Assembly (NCBI RefSeq): GCF_009914755.1
Contig: NC_060936.1
Direction: 5' to 3' (one strand)
Source: the human T2T-CHM13v2.0 reference genome, Homo sapiens
Length of the DNA: 64,000 nt
Part shown: positions 28,501 through 41,773 of the stretch, piece by piece
Position numbering within the stretch: the first letter of the stretch is position 1
Layout: each line of letters starts with the position of its first letter
Notes under the pieces: model-generated
What the model saw: only the letters and a program-made list of their open reading frames with translations
Databases searched by the model: none
What the model was told of the DNA's origin: nothing
Made by a program: the position numbers and the translations under genes

Positions 28501-31500
28501 TTCTGAACTTTTATGCTCTGGTTTCCTTTTAAAACTGAATGCTTTTAATAGCACCCAAGTCACCTCTTGAATGTTTTGTTGCTTAGAAATTTCTTCCACC
28601 AGATACCCTAAATCATCTCCCTCAAGTTCAAATTTTCAAAGATCTCTAGGGCAGGGGCATAATGCCACCAATTTCTTTGCTAAATTGTAGCAAGAGTCAC
28701 CTTTACTCCAGTTCCCAACAAGTTCCTCATCTCAGATGGAGATCTGAGATCATCTCGGCCTGGATTTCATTGTCCATATCATTATCAACAGTTTGGTCAA
28801 AGCCATTCGACAAGTTTCTAGGAAGTTCCAAACTTTCCCAAATTTTCCTGTCATTTGAGCCCTCAGAGTCTCTAGGAAGTTCCAAACTTTCTCATATTTT
28901 TCTATCTTCTTCTGAGCCTCCAAAGTGTTCCAATCTCTGCCTGTTACCCAGTTCCAAAGTCGCTTCCATATCTGTCGGTATCTTTACAGCAGCACCCTAC
29001 CCCTAGTCCCAATTTACTGTATTAGTCTGTTCTCATGCTGCTGATAAAGACATACCCAAGACTGGGTAATTTATAAAGAAAAGGAGGTTTAATGGACCTC
29101 CTTTCCACATAGCTGGAGAGGTCTTACAATCATGGTGGAAGGCAAGGGAAGAACAAAGGCATATTTTACTTGGAAGCAAGCAAAGAGAGAAATGAGACCC
29201 AAGCAAAAGGGGCTCCCCCTTATAAAAGCATCAGTTCTGATAATACTTACTCACTCTCATGAGAATAGTATGGAGGAAACTGCCTCCACAATTCAATTAT
29301 CTCCCACCAGGTCCCTCCCACAACACATGGGAATTATAAGAGCTACAATTCAAGATGAGATTTGGGTGGGGACACAGCCAAAGCTTATCAGTCCCCCTAC
29401 CCCCAAACAAGTATAATAGCTCCCCAGCAATAGTTCATAACCATTCTGAAACAACTGAAATGACAGATACAGAATTCAGAATTTGGATGGTAAGGAAACT
29501 CACTGATTTAGGAGAAAGTAGAAACCTGATCCAAGGAAACTAAAGAATCCAGTAAAATGATCTAAGAGTTGAAAGATGAAATAGCAAATTTAAGAAAGAA
29601 CCTAACTAAACTTCTAGAGCTGAAAAACTCACTACAAAAACTTCGTAATACACTAGGAAGTATTAACAGCCGAATAGACCATGCTGAGGAAAAAATCTCA
29701 GAGCCAGAAGATCAGTTCTTTGGCTAAACTCAGTGGGACAAAAATTTTAAAAAAGAAGAATTAAGAAAAATGAAAAAACCTCCACAAAATGTGGGGTTAT
29801 GTAAAGAGAGCAAACCTACAATCCATTGGCATTTCTGAGAGAGAAGAAGAGAGAATATGCAGCTTGAAAAATATATTTGTGGATATAGTCCACAAAAATT
29901 CCCCTAATCTCACTAGAGAGGTTGATGTGCTTACCCAAGAAATACAGAGAACCTAGTCTAGGTATTATACAAGGCACATAGTCAACAGATTAACCAAGGT
30001 CAATGCAAAAGAAAAAATTCTTAAATGCAGCTAGAAAGAAGGGTCAAGTTATCTAGAAAGGGAACACTGTCAGGTTAGTAGCAGACCTCTCAGCCAGAAG
30101 AGACTGGGAGCCTAAGTTTAGTGTCCTAAAAGAAAAGAAATTCCAACCAAGAATTTCATATCCTGCCTCACTAAACTTTATGCATAAAGGAGAAATAAAA
30201 TCTTTCTCAGACAAGCAAATGCTGAAGGAATACATTACAACTAGATCAGACTTATGGGAGGTTCCTAAGAGAATGCTAAACATGGGGTCAAAAGAATCAC
30301 ACCTACTACCACAAAAACACACAAGCACATAGCCCACAGTTATGCTAAATCAACTACACAATCAAGTCTACCTAACAACTAGCAAACAACATGATGACAG
30401 GATTAAAATCACAGATATAATTATCAACCTTGCATGTAAATGAGCTAAATGCCCCATTTAAGAACACAGAGTAGCAGGCTGGATAAAAAAGACAAACCCT
30501 ACCATCTGTTGTCTTCAAGAGACCCATCTCAAATGTGATGACACTCACAGGCTCAAAGTGAAATAATGGAGAAATATCAACCAGGCAAAAAGAAAACAAC
30601 AACAACAACAAAAAACAGGAATAGCTCTTCTTAAGTTAGATAAAACAACCATTTTAATACAGAACTAAACTGAATTTCTAGAACAGAAAACCTCTCAATA
30701 TTGACTTTAGACTTTAATGAAAATTAAGAACAATGAAGGACATTGCATAACTATAAAGGGTACAATCCAAAAAGAAGCCTTAACTATGTTAATTTAGTCT
30801 GCTGCTAACCTGATGGTTTTCCCTCCATATATAAATTGACCCTTTTCTCTAGATACCTTTAAGATTGTTTTCTATTTCATTGACTATCCAACATAGGAGC
30901 ACCTAGAGTCATAAAATAAGTTCTTCCTGGTCTACAAAAAGACTTAGACAACCACACAATAATAGTAGGGAACTTCAACACCATACTGAAAGCATTAAAC
31001 AGATCATCAAGGCAGGAACCTAACAAAGAAACTCTGGACTTACACTTGACACTTGACCAATTGGACCTAATAGACATCTACAGAACACTCTACCCAAAAA
31101 CCACAGAATATATATTCTTATCATCTGGACATAGACCATATTCTAAGATTGACCACAGGCTGGAAATTGAACAACTTGTTTCTGAATAACTTCTGGGTAA
31201 ACATCAAAATTAAGGCAGAAATTTTTTTAAAAAATTGAAATTAATGAAAATAGGGACATAAGTTACCAAAATTTCTGGGATGCAGCCAAGGCAATATGAA
31301 GAAGAAAGTTCATAGCCCTAAACACCTTCATCAGGAAGTTAGAAAGATCTAAAATTATTAATCTAACCTTGTACCTAAAAGAACTAGAAAACAAAAGAAC
31401 AAACCAACTCCAAAGCTAGCAGAAGATAAAAAATAATCAAAATTAGAGAGGAACTTTAATGAAATTGAGATTCAAAAATCCATACAAAACATCAGTGAAG

Positions 31501-32384
31501 CCAAGAGTTGGTTATTCAAAAAATAAATAAATAAGATTAATAGACTGCTAGCTAGATAAAGAAAAAAAAAGATCCAAATAAATACAATCAGAAGTGGCAG
31601 AGATGACATTACAACTAATCACACAGACATACAAAAGCTCCTTAGAGAATACTATGAGAAACTCTATGCACACAAATAAGAAGATATGGAGGAAATGGAT
31701 AAATACCTGGAAACCCACAATCTCCCAAGATTGAATCAGGAAGTGATTGCAACTCTGCATAGACCAATATCGAGCTCTGAAATTGAATTATTAATAAAAA
31801 AAAAACCCTACCAATCCAAAAAGACCCTGGATCAAATGAATTCACAGCCAAATTCTACCAGAAAGACAAAGAACTGGTTTCAATCATACTGAGACTATTC
31901 CGAAAAATCAAAAAGGAGGAACTCCTCCCTACCTCATCAGCCTAATACCAAAATCTGAGAGAGATACAACAAAGAAAACTTCAGGCTAATACCCGTGGTG
32001 AATATAAATGCAAAAATCTTAATAAAATACTAGCAAATTGAATCCAGCAGCACATCAAAAAGTTAATTCACCATGATCAAGTAGGCTTCCTTCCTGCAAT
32101 GCAAGGTAGATTCAAGATAGGCAAATCAATAAAGGTGATTCACCACATAAACAGGATTAAAAGCAAAAGCCATATGATCATCCCAATAGATGCAGAAAAA
32201 GCTTTCAGTAAAATTTAACATCATTTCATGATAAAAACCCTCAACAGACCAGGCGTCAAAGAAATATACCACAACATAATAAGAGCAATCTATGACAAAC
32301 CCACAACTAATACCATACTGAATGGGTAAAGGCTGGAACCATTCCCCTTGAGAACTGGAACAAGGCAAAGATGCTCACTCTCTT
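25590..32384 (+). mobile_element. Old L1 (L1PB-type): 5'UTR, ORF1 and 5' half of ORF2, 3'-truncated, interrupted by THE1
   Basis: 5' caggatggccaactagatgcag. ORF1 relic (EMTDTEFRIW; aattccaaccaagaatttcatatcc). ORF2 relics (MDKYLETHNLPRLNQE; atgcagaaaaagctttc). No 3'UTR or poly(A). Confidence 0.85.
27011..29390 (-). mobile_element. Full-length THE1 (THE1C/D-like) MaLR: LTR 27011-27392, internal 27393-29017, LTR 29018-29390
   Basis: Two direct LTRs (tgtattagtc...aa(cc/gc)...atca) around ~1.6 kb THE1-int sequence; TSD GCCCC (27006-27010) / GTCCC (29391-29395). Confidence 0.95.
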
Positions 32385-34139
32385 TTAAAGAAATCATTCA
32401 CTTGTAACTATCACTTAGGAAGGGCAACTTTTATGGAAAAGCAATGATACATGCCCTCTCCAAAGAATCTTTTTTTTTTACTTGATTTGCAGGAATCTGT
32501 CATGGAGTAAGACAGTTAGTAACTGCCTTCAAACTTAGTAGCAGGGAATAGCATGATGGAAAGAATGTTTATTAGATTGCCACTCTCTAGCTGTATAACT
32601 TCAGGAAGGGCATTCAACCTGTGAGTCTCAGATTTTAGTGGTAAAATAATATGTACCTCAGTGTTGCTATGAGGATTCAATCAGATAATATAGAAGTGCC
32701 TAGCACCTATCACCAAACATTACCTAGACAATATACCCATCACCATAATATAAAATTGAATAGCCAGTTACAATTTACGTAAGAGTACTCAAATATAAAG
32801 AAGGTTGTAATTATGGAGATAGTCTAGGTAATGAACTGATTGTTTCACTAACGTTTAAATTTTTACATCTATGGCCTCTAAGTTCCAGCACAATAAATGG
32901 TGGCTTCCTTTCTTAACCTTTCCTAATACCTTATCCAAGTTTCTATAATGAAATCAGCTGTTTATTCCAATGGACAATTCTAACTTCCTAGGTGTTAGGA
33001 GCACCTATCTCATTTACCAAATCATTCACCAATGAATCAAAAAAGCAACCCAAAACCAAAAGAAAATGCCAAGTATTGGGTTCAAGTTCTAGATTCAACT
33101 ACTTTACCATCTGCATGACTTTAAGCATGTTGATCTTTCTAGACTCAGAATTTTTCAGCTGTAAAATGGTAATCTATAGTTGCTTTACAAATCTTTGTAG
33201 GTTTTATGTAAAGATAAAAAACTCATACTCTTCGGCTTTGTAAATTTGGGTCTTTCATAAATACAATTAATAGTATTGTTTCTCTTATTGGTATATATGA
33301 ATATATTCAACTTAAGTAAAACTAGTTTATGATTCTATATTTTTTACAATGTGTAACAGATTTATTTTCTATTCTTACAAATTATACCCTAGAGAGAAAA
33401 TAAAACCAGGAATCTGTGAAAAGGCAGCCAATAATTTTCTCTCCTTATCCTAGAAAACCAGAAAATAGCAGCATAATGAGACAAGCATAGTAATTACACT
33501 ATTTGCAGAACTAATTCTATGTGATATGATGAAGATGCCCTCCTGGCCCTCAATAAAACATAAATAAGCAATTTTGTCTTACAAAGCGTTATTTTTAAAA
33601 TATAGTAATTAACCCCTTACCTTTATCTTCTTTCACTTTCCACTCTGGGATTTTGTATTATTTTGCAAAGTAGAGATGATTCATTTCTGAAAAATGGCAA
33701 CCATTTTCAGTGTTGGCATAGGAGGGTGACAATATTGTTGGTGGATAATTCTGAGCGTGTGTCTCTATACAACATCCTAGATTCTCCAGCCTCTTTTCAG
33801 GACCAAATGTGTCTATTTCATTTTTTTCGTCTGTTTTCTAATAAAAACCTAAGTTGTTTTTGAGCCAGATTATGGGATCAATAAACTAAACACTTTAAAG
33901 TGTATGTATCCAATCTGTAACTAATTGCCCATAAAACATCACTGGAAATTAAATGAGGGAGAAGAATGTATTTATCAGAAATCCTCTTGAGAGTGTCCTA
34001 CATGTTACTGAATTGAAAGCTCCTTTATTGCGATGTATGCTGGAAGAAAGGGGTTTTTAATGAAGCACAACATCCCTCCCTACACTCTCCCCCAAGTCCC
34101 TCCTCACAAAGGGGTATGAAATGGACCCTAAACTACCTT

Positions 34140-34495
34140 GTAAGGATGTCTTCAAGGTGTCAGCAGTATTGTATTCCTTCTGGAGGCTTTAGAGCAGAAT
34201 CCATTTCCTTAACCTTCCTAGTTCCTTAGAGGCCTCCTGCCTTCCTTGGCCTGTGGTCCCTTTCTCAAATCACTCTGACCTCTGCTTCCATCATCATGTC
34301 TCCTTCTCTCATTCTGAGCTTCCTTCCTCCATTTTCTAAGACCCTTTGTAATTATGTTGGACCTACTGAACAGGCTCATGATGCTTAACCTAACCATATC
34401 TGCAAAGTATCTTCTGCCACTTAAGGTAACACATTCACCATTTGTAGGGATTAGGAGGTAGACACCCTTGGGGAGCCATTATTCTTCTTAGCATA
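34140..34495 (-). mobile_element. MLT1-type LTR fragment
   Basis: tcaaggtgtcagcag...ttccttctggaggct...tctgcaaag...aaggtaacacattcac motifs. Confidence 0.7.
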
Positions 34496-34972
34496 CTGCA
34501 TATACTATTCTGGAATAAAAAGGATGTGAATTTAAACCCTGAATCACTGTTTGTTCTATAGGACTTTAAGCAGATTGCTGAAGTAGTAACCTCTTTCCAA
34601 AGCTATAAATTGGTGATCTTGGTTATAACTGCCTCACAGAGTGGTTGTGAGAGTCAAATAGGCCACAAAGCTAGTTGAATAATGCCAACACAGTGACTAC
34701 ATCTTATTTGCTAGACTAATATTTCTCAAATTTCAGTGACTAATGACCCTTTTCAAGAAAAAAAGTTCTCTTCAGCATTGATAAAATATTTAAATTATTT
34801 TTTATTTAAATAAGTACAGCATAAAACTGAGTTAGCTTTTGTTTATAATTCTTAAACAAATATATGAAGCAAATTTACAAGGCAAATTAATAGACTTAAG
34901 CAATGCTTGTAACCTAAATTGCATACTTGCTACTATGCCATTGGACTTTTCCAGTTAGACATTCTTATTTAC

Positions 34973-34975
<3 letters not shown>

Positions 34976-35018
<43 letters not shown>

Positions 35019-35294
35019 GAGATGAGATGAGGTCTTACTCTGTCACCCAGGCTGGACTGCAGTGGTGTGATCTCGGCTCACTGCAACCTCCACCTCCTGG
35101 GCTCAAGCCTTCCTCACATCAGCCTCCCAAGTAGCTAGGTGCACCACCATGTCCGGGTAATTTTTTGTATTTTTGGTAAATATGGGGTTTTGCCATGTTG
35201 TCCAGGCTGGTCTCAAAATCCTGAGCTCAAGCGAGCTGCCCACCTCGGCCTCCCAGAGTGCTGGATTTACAGATGTGAGCCACTGTACCAGGCC
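34976..35294 (-). mobile_element. Alu (J/S-like) whose tail is a (TG)n microsatellite (34976-35014)
   Basis: Antisense Alu body at 35015-35294 directly follows (TG)~19. Confidence 0.9.
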
Positions 35295-35585
35295 AGTGTC
35301 CATATTTGCTATAGTTTTATGATACCCAAAAGCTCTCACCATCTTTCACTATTCAAATTATGCATTGGGAAACATTTATCAGTAGGATGGTCAGCCATGT
35401 TATCATTGGGCCTCCAAACATCGCAAGCCTGGGTATAAACATAAAATCAAACACAAGTGCCTAGTTCGCATTGCAGTATCAACTCTAAGAACATCTAGCA
35501 CTGCATTTTCTAGTACAATAACCACTAATCATTAAAGAGAAGTTAATATAAAAAATTAATATTTAAGTTAATATTTAATTAAATT

Positions 35586-35790
35586 ACCAGCCTGGCCAAT
35601 ATGGTGAAACCCCTCTCTACTAAAAATACAAAAATTAGCCAGGCATGGTGGCACAGGCCTGTAGACCCAGCTACTCGAGAAGCAGAGAAAAAGAATTGCT
35701 TGAACCCAGAAGGCAGAAGTTGCAGTGAGCCGAGATGGAGCCATTGCACTCCAGCCTGGGCAACAGAGAGAGACTCTGTCTCAAAAAAAT
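35586..35790 (+). mobile_element. 5'-truncated Alu inside a MER3-like relic (~35498-35900)
   Basis: accagcctggccaatatggtgaaaccc...gactctgtctcaaaa; flanks show MER3-like accactaatca and catgtggc...attagacagca. Confidence 0.85.
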
Positions 35791-38700
35791 TAATTAATTA
35801 ATTAGTTAATTAAAGTCTCTGTTCAACTACCCTAGTTGCATGTGGCTGTGATGATCATATTAGACAGCATAAAATACATTTTAATTATCGTGGAAAGTTG
35901 TGTTTTAAAATTTTTATAGAGAATTATGTACCTTTAGACAACATCTAAAAATACTGCTGCTTAGGAAACACTGTAGTAGATGGTTGTCCATGAGAAAAGG
36001 AGTTATTCCTATTGTATTAACTGCTTTTTTCCCTAGTGCTTAGTGCTTAATAAACACTTGTTGAAAGATTGAAATTCCAGTTTAAAAGGCAAACTGTGTA
36101 TATAAATTATGTTTTCAAACTAAGAAGTTCTGTGATGGAATAAATGTACTAGGGACAGAGATAAAATGTGTAGATCTTTTGTTTATCAAAAGACACATGA
36201 ACCTATTTAAAATAAATGCTTTTCACATAGCTAATTATTCTACCATGTTTATCATAAATAAACAAATCAAATTTTAATTATTGTTGTTCTATGAATAATG
36301 ACCATCAATTATTAGGTTAAAATATTTTGATTTATTATTCATGCTAAATGAACACTGTCAAAATAACAGATTTTATGGAAACTAAGACAACATCAAAGGT
36401 ACAATATACATGTTGTTATTGGTACTAATTAATGTCTTTACATATCTACTAACTTCACTGTAGAGAATAAATATGTTTCTGCAAATTTATATACAAATTC
36501 TAATTTTAACAATCAAATCTTTCTTTTATTAAACTAGGGCATTTGCTGTGGAAAGGAGCCCTTACTCTTTTTGGTGTTGTAGTTCTTGTTTTGTTTTCAA
36601 ACAATGAAAACATTATGTAATTTGAAAAATTATCCCCATGCTGTTTGCTTTGTAAATCCATGTTTGTTTATTAAAGCTTTTACTCTTGAGACTATATTGA
36701 TAAAAATCTAAATATTTTATCTTCATCTTATATAAGCTTCACATGTTGGTATTAAAAAATCCTCTTGTAATAAACACAACTCTAAGAGATTAATGATTTA
36801 CATGCTAGAGAAATGAAATAAGCTTATCAGTGATGAAAGAGATGTATGTATCCTACTTTCTGGAAAATAACATATTTCATTACTTGGCTGTTTGATTTAC
36901 AAAAATTATAGATTGTATTGGAAGTCCCATGAATGTGCCTGGTAAAATATAATGGAATACTTATATTTCTCTTGAGAATACTCTAATATAATGTATTTGT
37001 ATTTCTCTGAATTTGAAGGGAACAGCCTAAAACTGTATGCTATCAAAATGCAAATATAACATAATTTTGCCAGGAACCTACTCTCTTCATCAGGAAATAT
37101 AGACCACAATAATTAAATTCATGCTGGAAAACAATGCTTTCCATTAGCACAGTTTTATTTTCAAAACCAGAATAAAGTGTGGATTTAGAAGTAGTCTCAG
37201 TCCTCATCCTTGGAAAGATTCAGTTTTTCTAATTCAGGCTACAAGTACTTGTAAAAGATCGTATAAAAATATTTCACCTAACCACATTCATTTTGGCTAC
37301 CTAGCTAAATGTGAATTACTTTGAAAGAGGGGATTAACGGGCATGACTGTGGACCATAAAATATGCAATAGATAAATATTCTTGAAAAACAGTGACTCTT
37401 AAAGAGTTAGTATGTTTTTCACTCATCTTGGAACCTGCAGTAATATTGATGTCCTTGAACAAAGTGATATATTTAGAACAGATGACTGACTGCTATGGGG
37501 ATTTAAATAAACTATGATTTTAAAATTGTCTATTTCTCTATTTTTAAATTTTCTTCTGAAAATAAATTTCAATGCACTTCTTCAAATCTTTCACATTTTC
37601 ATACCTCTTTACTTTTTCTTGTGCTGATATCTCTAAATGGAATGCTCCCTCATCCTACCCACATCTCCTTTTTTCTGACATCTAACTAAATTATATTATT
37701 TTAAATTTTCAACCTGAGCATCTTTGTGAAGCTTTCTCTAATACTAGGGATAAAGCATCTGGTTTATGAGTATTTTTTCAGGTATATCAACTTTCTCAGA
37801 AATTTGTCAGACAAATTTTTAAATTTTAAATGTTTAAATCTTCTATAGTTAATATATGAATCACCTATTTTATTGAATGACTATGTGTCAATAACAAAGA
37901 TTCACATGGAGTTTTTTTCTTTAATGAAATGCTATAAATTGACTTCCTATAGCAATAAAGTGAACAAAGTTTGGTCTCTCTTTTATATTTGTAGTAATTT
38001 ATTAGTAAGTCAATATTGCAATGTATCAGAATATTCTTCACCAGCAGGTCAATATAAAATTCAGGAGATCATATAAAGGACCAAAATGTAGTCACAGAGT
38101 CTTCTTACACTAATAGTAATTGGTACAGTTTGGACTGACAAGTTCTTAGACCTTGGAACAATTGTAGAATCCAGAAAAATTTTCTAAGACACAAATAAAA
38201 GATGTGCTACAGTTTACTATTCTTCCAAAATTCCATGTGTCAAATAATTGAAATAGTACCTGCCTGCAATATTGAAAAAGATAAATGGTAGCAGTTCCAA
38301 GGAGACTGATTTTATAACAACTTTAACTCTTCTGGATATAAACTTCTGTATTAATTCAAATACATGGTGAATTGAAGTTGTTAAAAGAGAAAAACAGGTA
38401 TTAATACCTATGCTATTAATGCTGTCATTTTCACGAGTCTGTTTCAGATTTATCCTTACACATTAATAATACTGATATCCCAAAGCAGAGATTTAATTAA
38501 ATTTTCCAAATAAGGCAATACATTTGTAAGCATACTTAGAACCATGATAAATAAAGCTAAAATGTATTCTTTAAATAAATGAACCAAGTAAATTTGTGTT
38601 GCTGTGACTTTGATTTAATAACATGGAATTTTTACATTACTCACTTGCTAATCAAAGAAATGTTATAATCTTTGATGAAGTATCCCTAGGTTCTGATTTA

Positions 38701-41267
38701 TTTCTTTATTTTAATAAGTCAGGATATATTTTTTATGAAATAATGGCATTATGATCAACAGATTTTTATTAAATATTTACTAGGAGCATGCCAAACAAAA
38801 GACTCATTACTCAAGCTCCACCAAACTGTTTTCTAGACTAAATTAATTACAGATTCTTAGGCAAACGACAATGCACAGAGTTGTGCTAATGGCTTCACGA
38901 TGTTCCTAGTTTCCTAAGACCCAATCTATTCCCATCTCCTCAAGTAGCCCTCAATGATTTTAACTACTTTTCTTCTTCCCAAACTTAGGTGACATTATAT
39001 CCTAGGATAGCTTTCAGTTCTTTTATTTATTCAAGTGTCATCAATGAGTAATGAATAATTCAGTAGTTATTAAGGACTACTGAATGTTTGATACTGTGTT
39101 AAGCACCGAGTATGTTACTTGCAATCAAGTGTCTACGTGGCAAATAATGTTAGCAACGTAATAAATGCACTATATTAAGTGGCATTACAGTAGCAACAAC
39201 ATCAAACATATATTTCTCATTGATAGCATTTTAGGCACCTGTGGGTTGACTGCTATGACTCTGTGAATTTCCATCTCAGAACAAAGGCTAAAGATACAGT
39301 CCCTATTTAGTACCTGACATTCTTATGGCAGAGGAAAAAGTGCAGGAGTTAATTGTTTAGTGGCTTTTAACATTTCTGCTTGAATGTAATACACAGTTGA
39401 TTTCTACTGTTTGAGGTAGTAATGTTTGTAAAGAATATTATTTATTGCGTATTAAAATATATTATTTGAAATATATTAATATAATTAATTATATATTATT
39501 AATTATATAGTGAAAGATAATTAATAGTGGTGTTATGAATAATCAAGTTAAAAAATGAATAGCCTTCCACAGAAATTCTTATATTTACAGCCTTTTGCCT
39601 AGGTCGGTGGCATTGAACATAAGGTGATTACAAAGTGCGTAAGCATTTGACCCAAATGCATTTGTGATAATTACTTATTTTTCATTAATGAAAGCATGTA
39701 ATTTTTCAGTAAAGCTGTTATATTTTATGTTACATTGAGAAATAAGAGGTTTATGAATAGGTAAGTTGAATAAAAATATTTTGATCAGCCATTTAACACA
39801 TTAATTAATTTGATTCAACTTTTGTATCTGGCTAGTTAGGATTTAAAGAAAAATTATCTGCAACACTTTCACTTATACCCATGAGGGATTATGCATAGAA
39901 CTGTACACTTAAAATGTGTGAATTTTACTGTGCATAAATTTTATCTCAATAAAAATAATTTTCAAAAGAAGAACCTGTATCTGTATAGACATTTTAAGTT
40001 GTAGTAAATAACATACGTTTTATGAAACAAGTTTTTGATTGCCAGTGTTACTGCTGTTTAAGTTAAGGAAATAGTTGGGAATGGTATAACAGGATTCATG
40101 GCAGTAGAAAGCCAAAAGTATTGATTTAATTTCTCTCAACTTCAAAAAAAAAAAAAAAAAAAAGAGAGACAGAGAGAAATAAAAAAGTCTTGGTTCAAGA
40201 TCTGATTACAAGGTTTGCCACTTATAGTGTAAGACTATCATCACATCTGCTTAGAAATGAGACATACATAAAAGTGTTGGCCAGGATACCAGAGAGCAGA
40301 GAGAAGGAATTCCAACCTGCAAACTGATTTATTTGCTGCTTCTGCCTCATTATAACTAATACATGTCCATTTTTCTGAGGAATTTGGCTAAGATTTCCTT
40401 TCACTGCAATGAGCTATCTGATAATGTGTTTGCAGAGGTGGAAAAGTAGAGTGCTCTACCAATGAAGAATACCCATAATCATGAAAAAAAATTAAAGTTC
40501 TGGCACATAACAAAAAGCCAAATTAGTTTATGCTTGCTTGATAAATAACCCTCTTGACACTCAGAGAGCACTGAATTCTCAAACATAAAAGAAAGGGCTA
40601 AGTTTAGGTTGAGTTGTTGAGCATTCTACTAAATGATGTTGGCCAAACAAAAACACTATGCTAAATATTTATTATATTAAATTTTTAAGTTACCAAGTCA
40701 AAAATATCACCTTACACATCTTCTGGACATAGTGCAAAGTTGTTTATTTTATTTCATTTTTTAAGTTAAGTTTTCATTTGTTATAAGGTAATAGAACATT
40801 TCTCAAACTACACAGGGTAAATAACTAGTTTTATTCTAAATTTCCAACCTATCATGGATTAATAATTCTATGAAATATAACAAAAATGAATTGTTAGAAA
40901 AGTGAAAGAAAAAACAGACATATAAAATATGTTCATTTTTAGTATTAATTCTATAAAAATAAAATTACCCTGCCATACTGCTATAAAAATTTCTAAAAGC
41001 TTATTCTTAATTTCTGTACTTATATGTTCAAAAATAGTAATACAGGGATCTGAACAGGCACCAGTCCACAAAACACACTTTTAAATGAACATCTGTGTTT
41101 CTTCCAAAGGTAAAATAAGTGCAATAAGCTTATAATTGTTCTAAATAAGGGTCACTATATTTGCCAAACTTCAATTTGTTTTCCCAAGATTTAACTATTT
41201 TCAATAGTTTGACAGTTACCTTGGTAAATTGAAATAACAAGCCTATGTTGCCATTTCTTGACTTTTT

Positions 41268-41738
41268 CTTATTTTTATTTATTATTATTTTAACTTTTAT
41301 TTTAGGTTTGAGAGTACATGTGAAGGTTTTTTACATAGGAAATCACATGTCATGGGGATTGGTTGTGACAGGGACTTCTTGATGAAAAACTGGACAATTG
41401 ACTTGAATTAAAGTTTTATAAATGAGAATATTCAAATGACCAATAAACATATGAAAAAAGCTTATTTTCATTCGTCATTAGGTAAATACAAATTAAAACT
41501 ACAATGAGATGCCATAACATATGCACCAGAATGGGTAACAAAAAACTAACAATACTAGGTGTTGATAAAGATATGAAAGAAGAAAAACGCTCATATACTG
41601 CTTGAAGTATAAATTGGTACAACCACTTTAGAAGACCCATTGTTAATATTTAACCTAGAAAATGCACAGATTTATGAGACACTCATTACAATCCTGGGTA
41701 TATACTCTACAAAATGTGTGCTTAGGTAATATAATCAA

Positions 41739-41740
<2 letters not shown>
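41268..41740. mobile_element. Short L1 fragments: antisense primate L1 3' end (~41268-41368) and sense L1M ORF2 piece (~41410-41740)
   Basis: ttttattttaggtttgagagtacatgtgaagg; caaattaaaactacaatgagatgcca; gtataaattggtacaaccacttt. Confidence 0.65.

Positions 41741-41771
<31 letters not shown>
41741..41771 (+). repeat. (CA)n microsatellite
   Basis: Seen directly. Confidence 0.9.

Positions 41772-41773
<2 letters not shown>

Noticed and set aside
28815-28922. ~55-bp tandem duplication in THE1 internal region
   Set aside because: Copies are diverged and I believe the duplication is ancestral to some THE1-int subfamilies, so it is not locus-specific.
35015-35790. Inverted Alu pair ~290 bp apart
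   Set aside because: Diverged, one copy truncated, and intergenic; unlikely to form a stable or transcribed hairpin.
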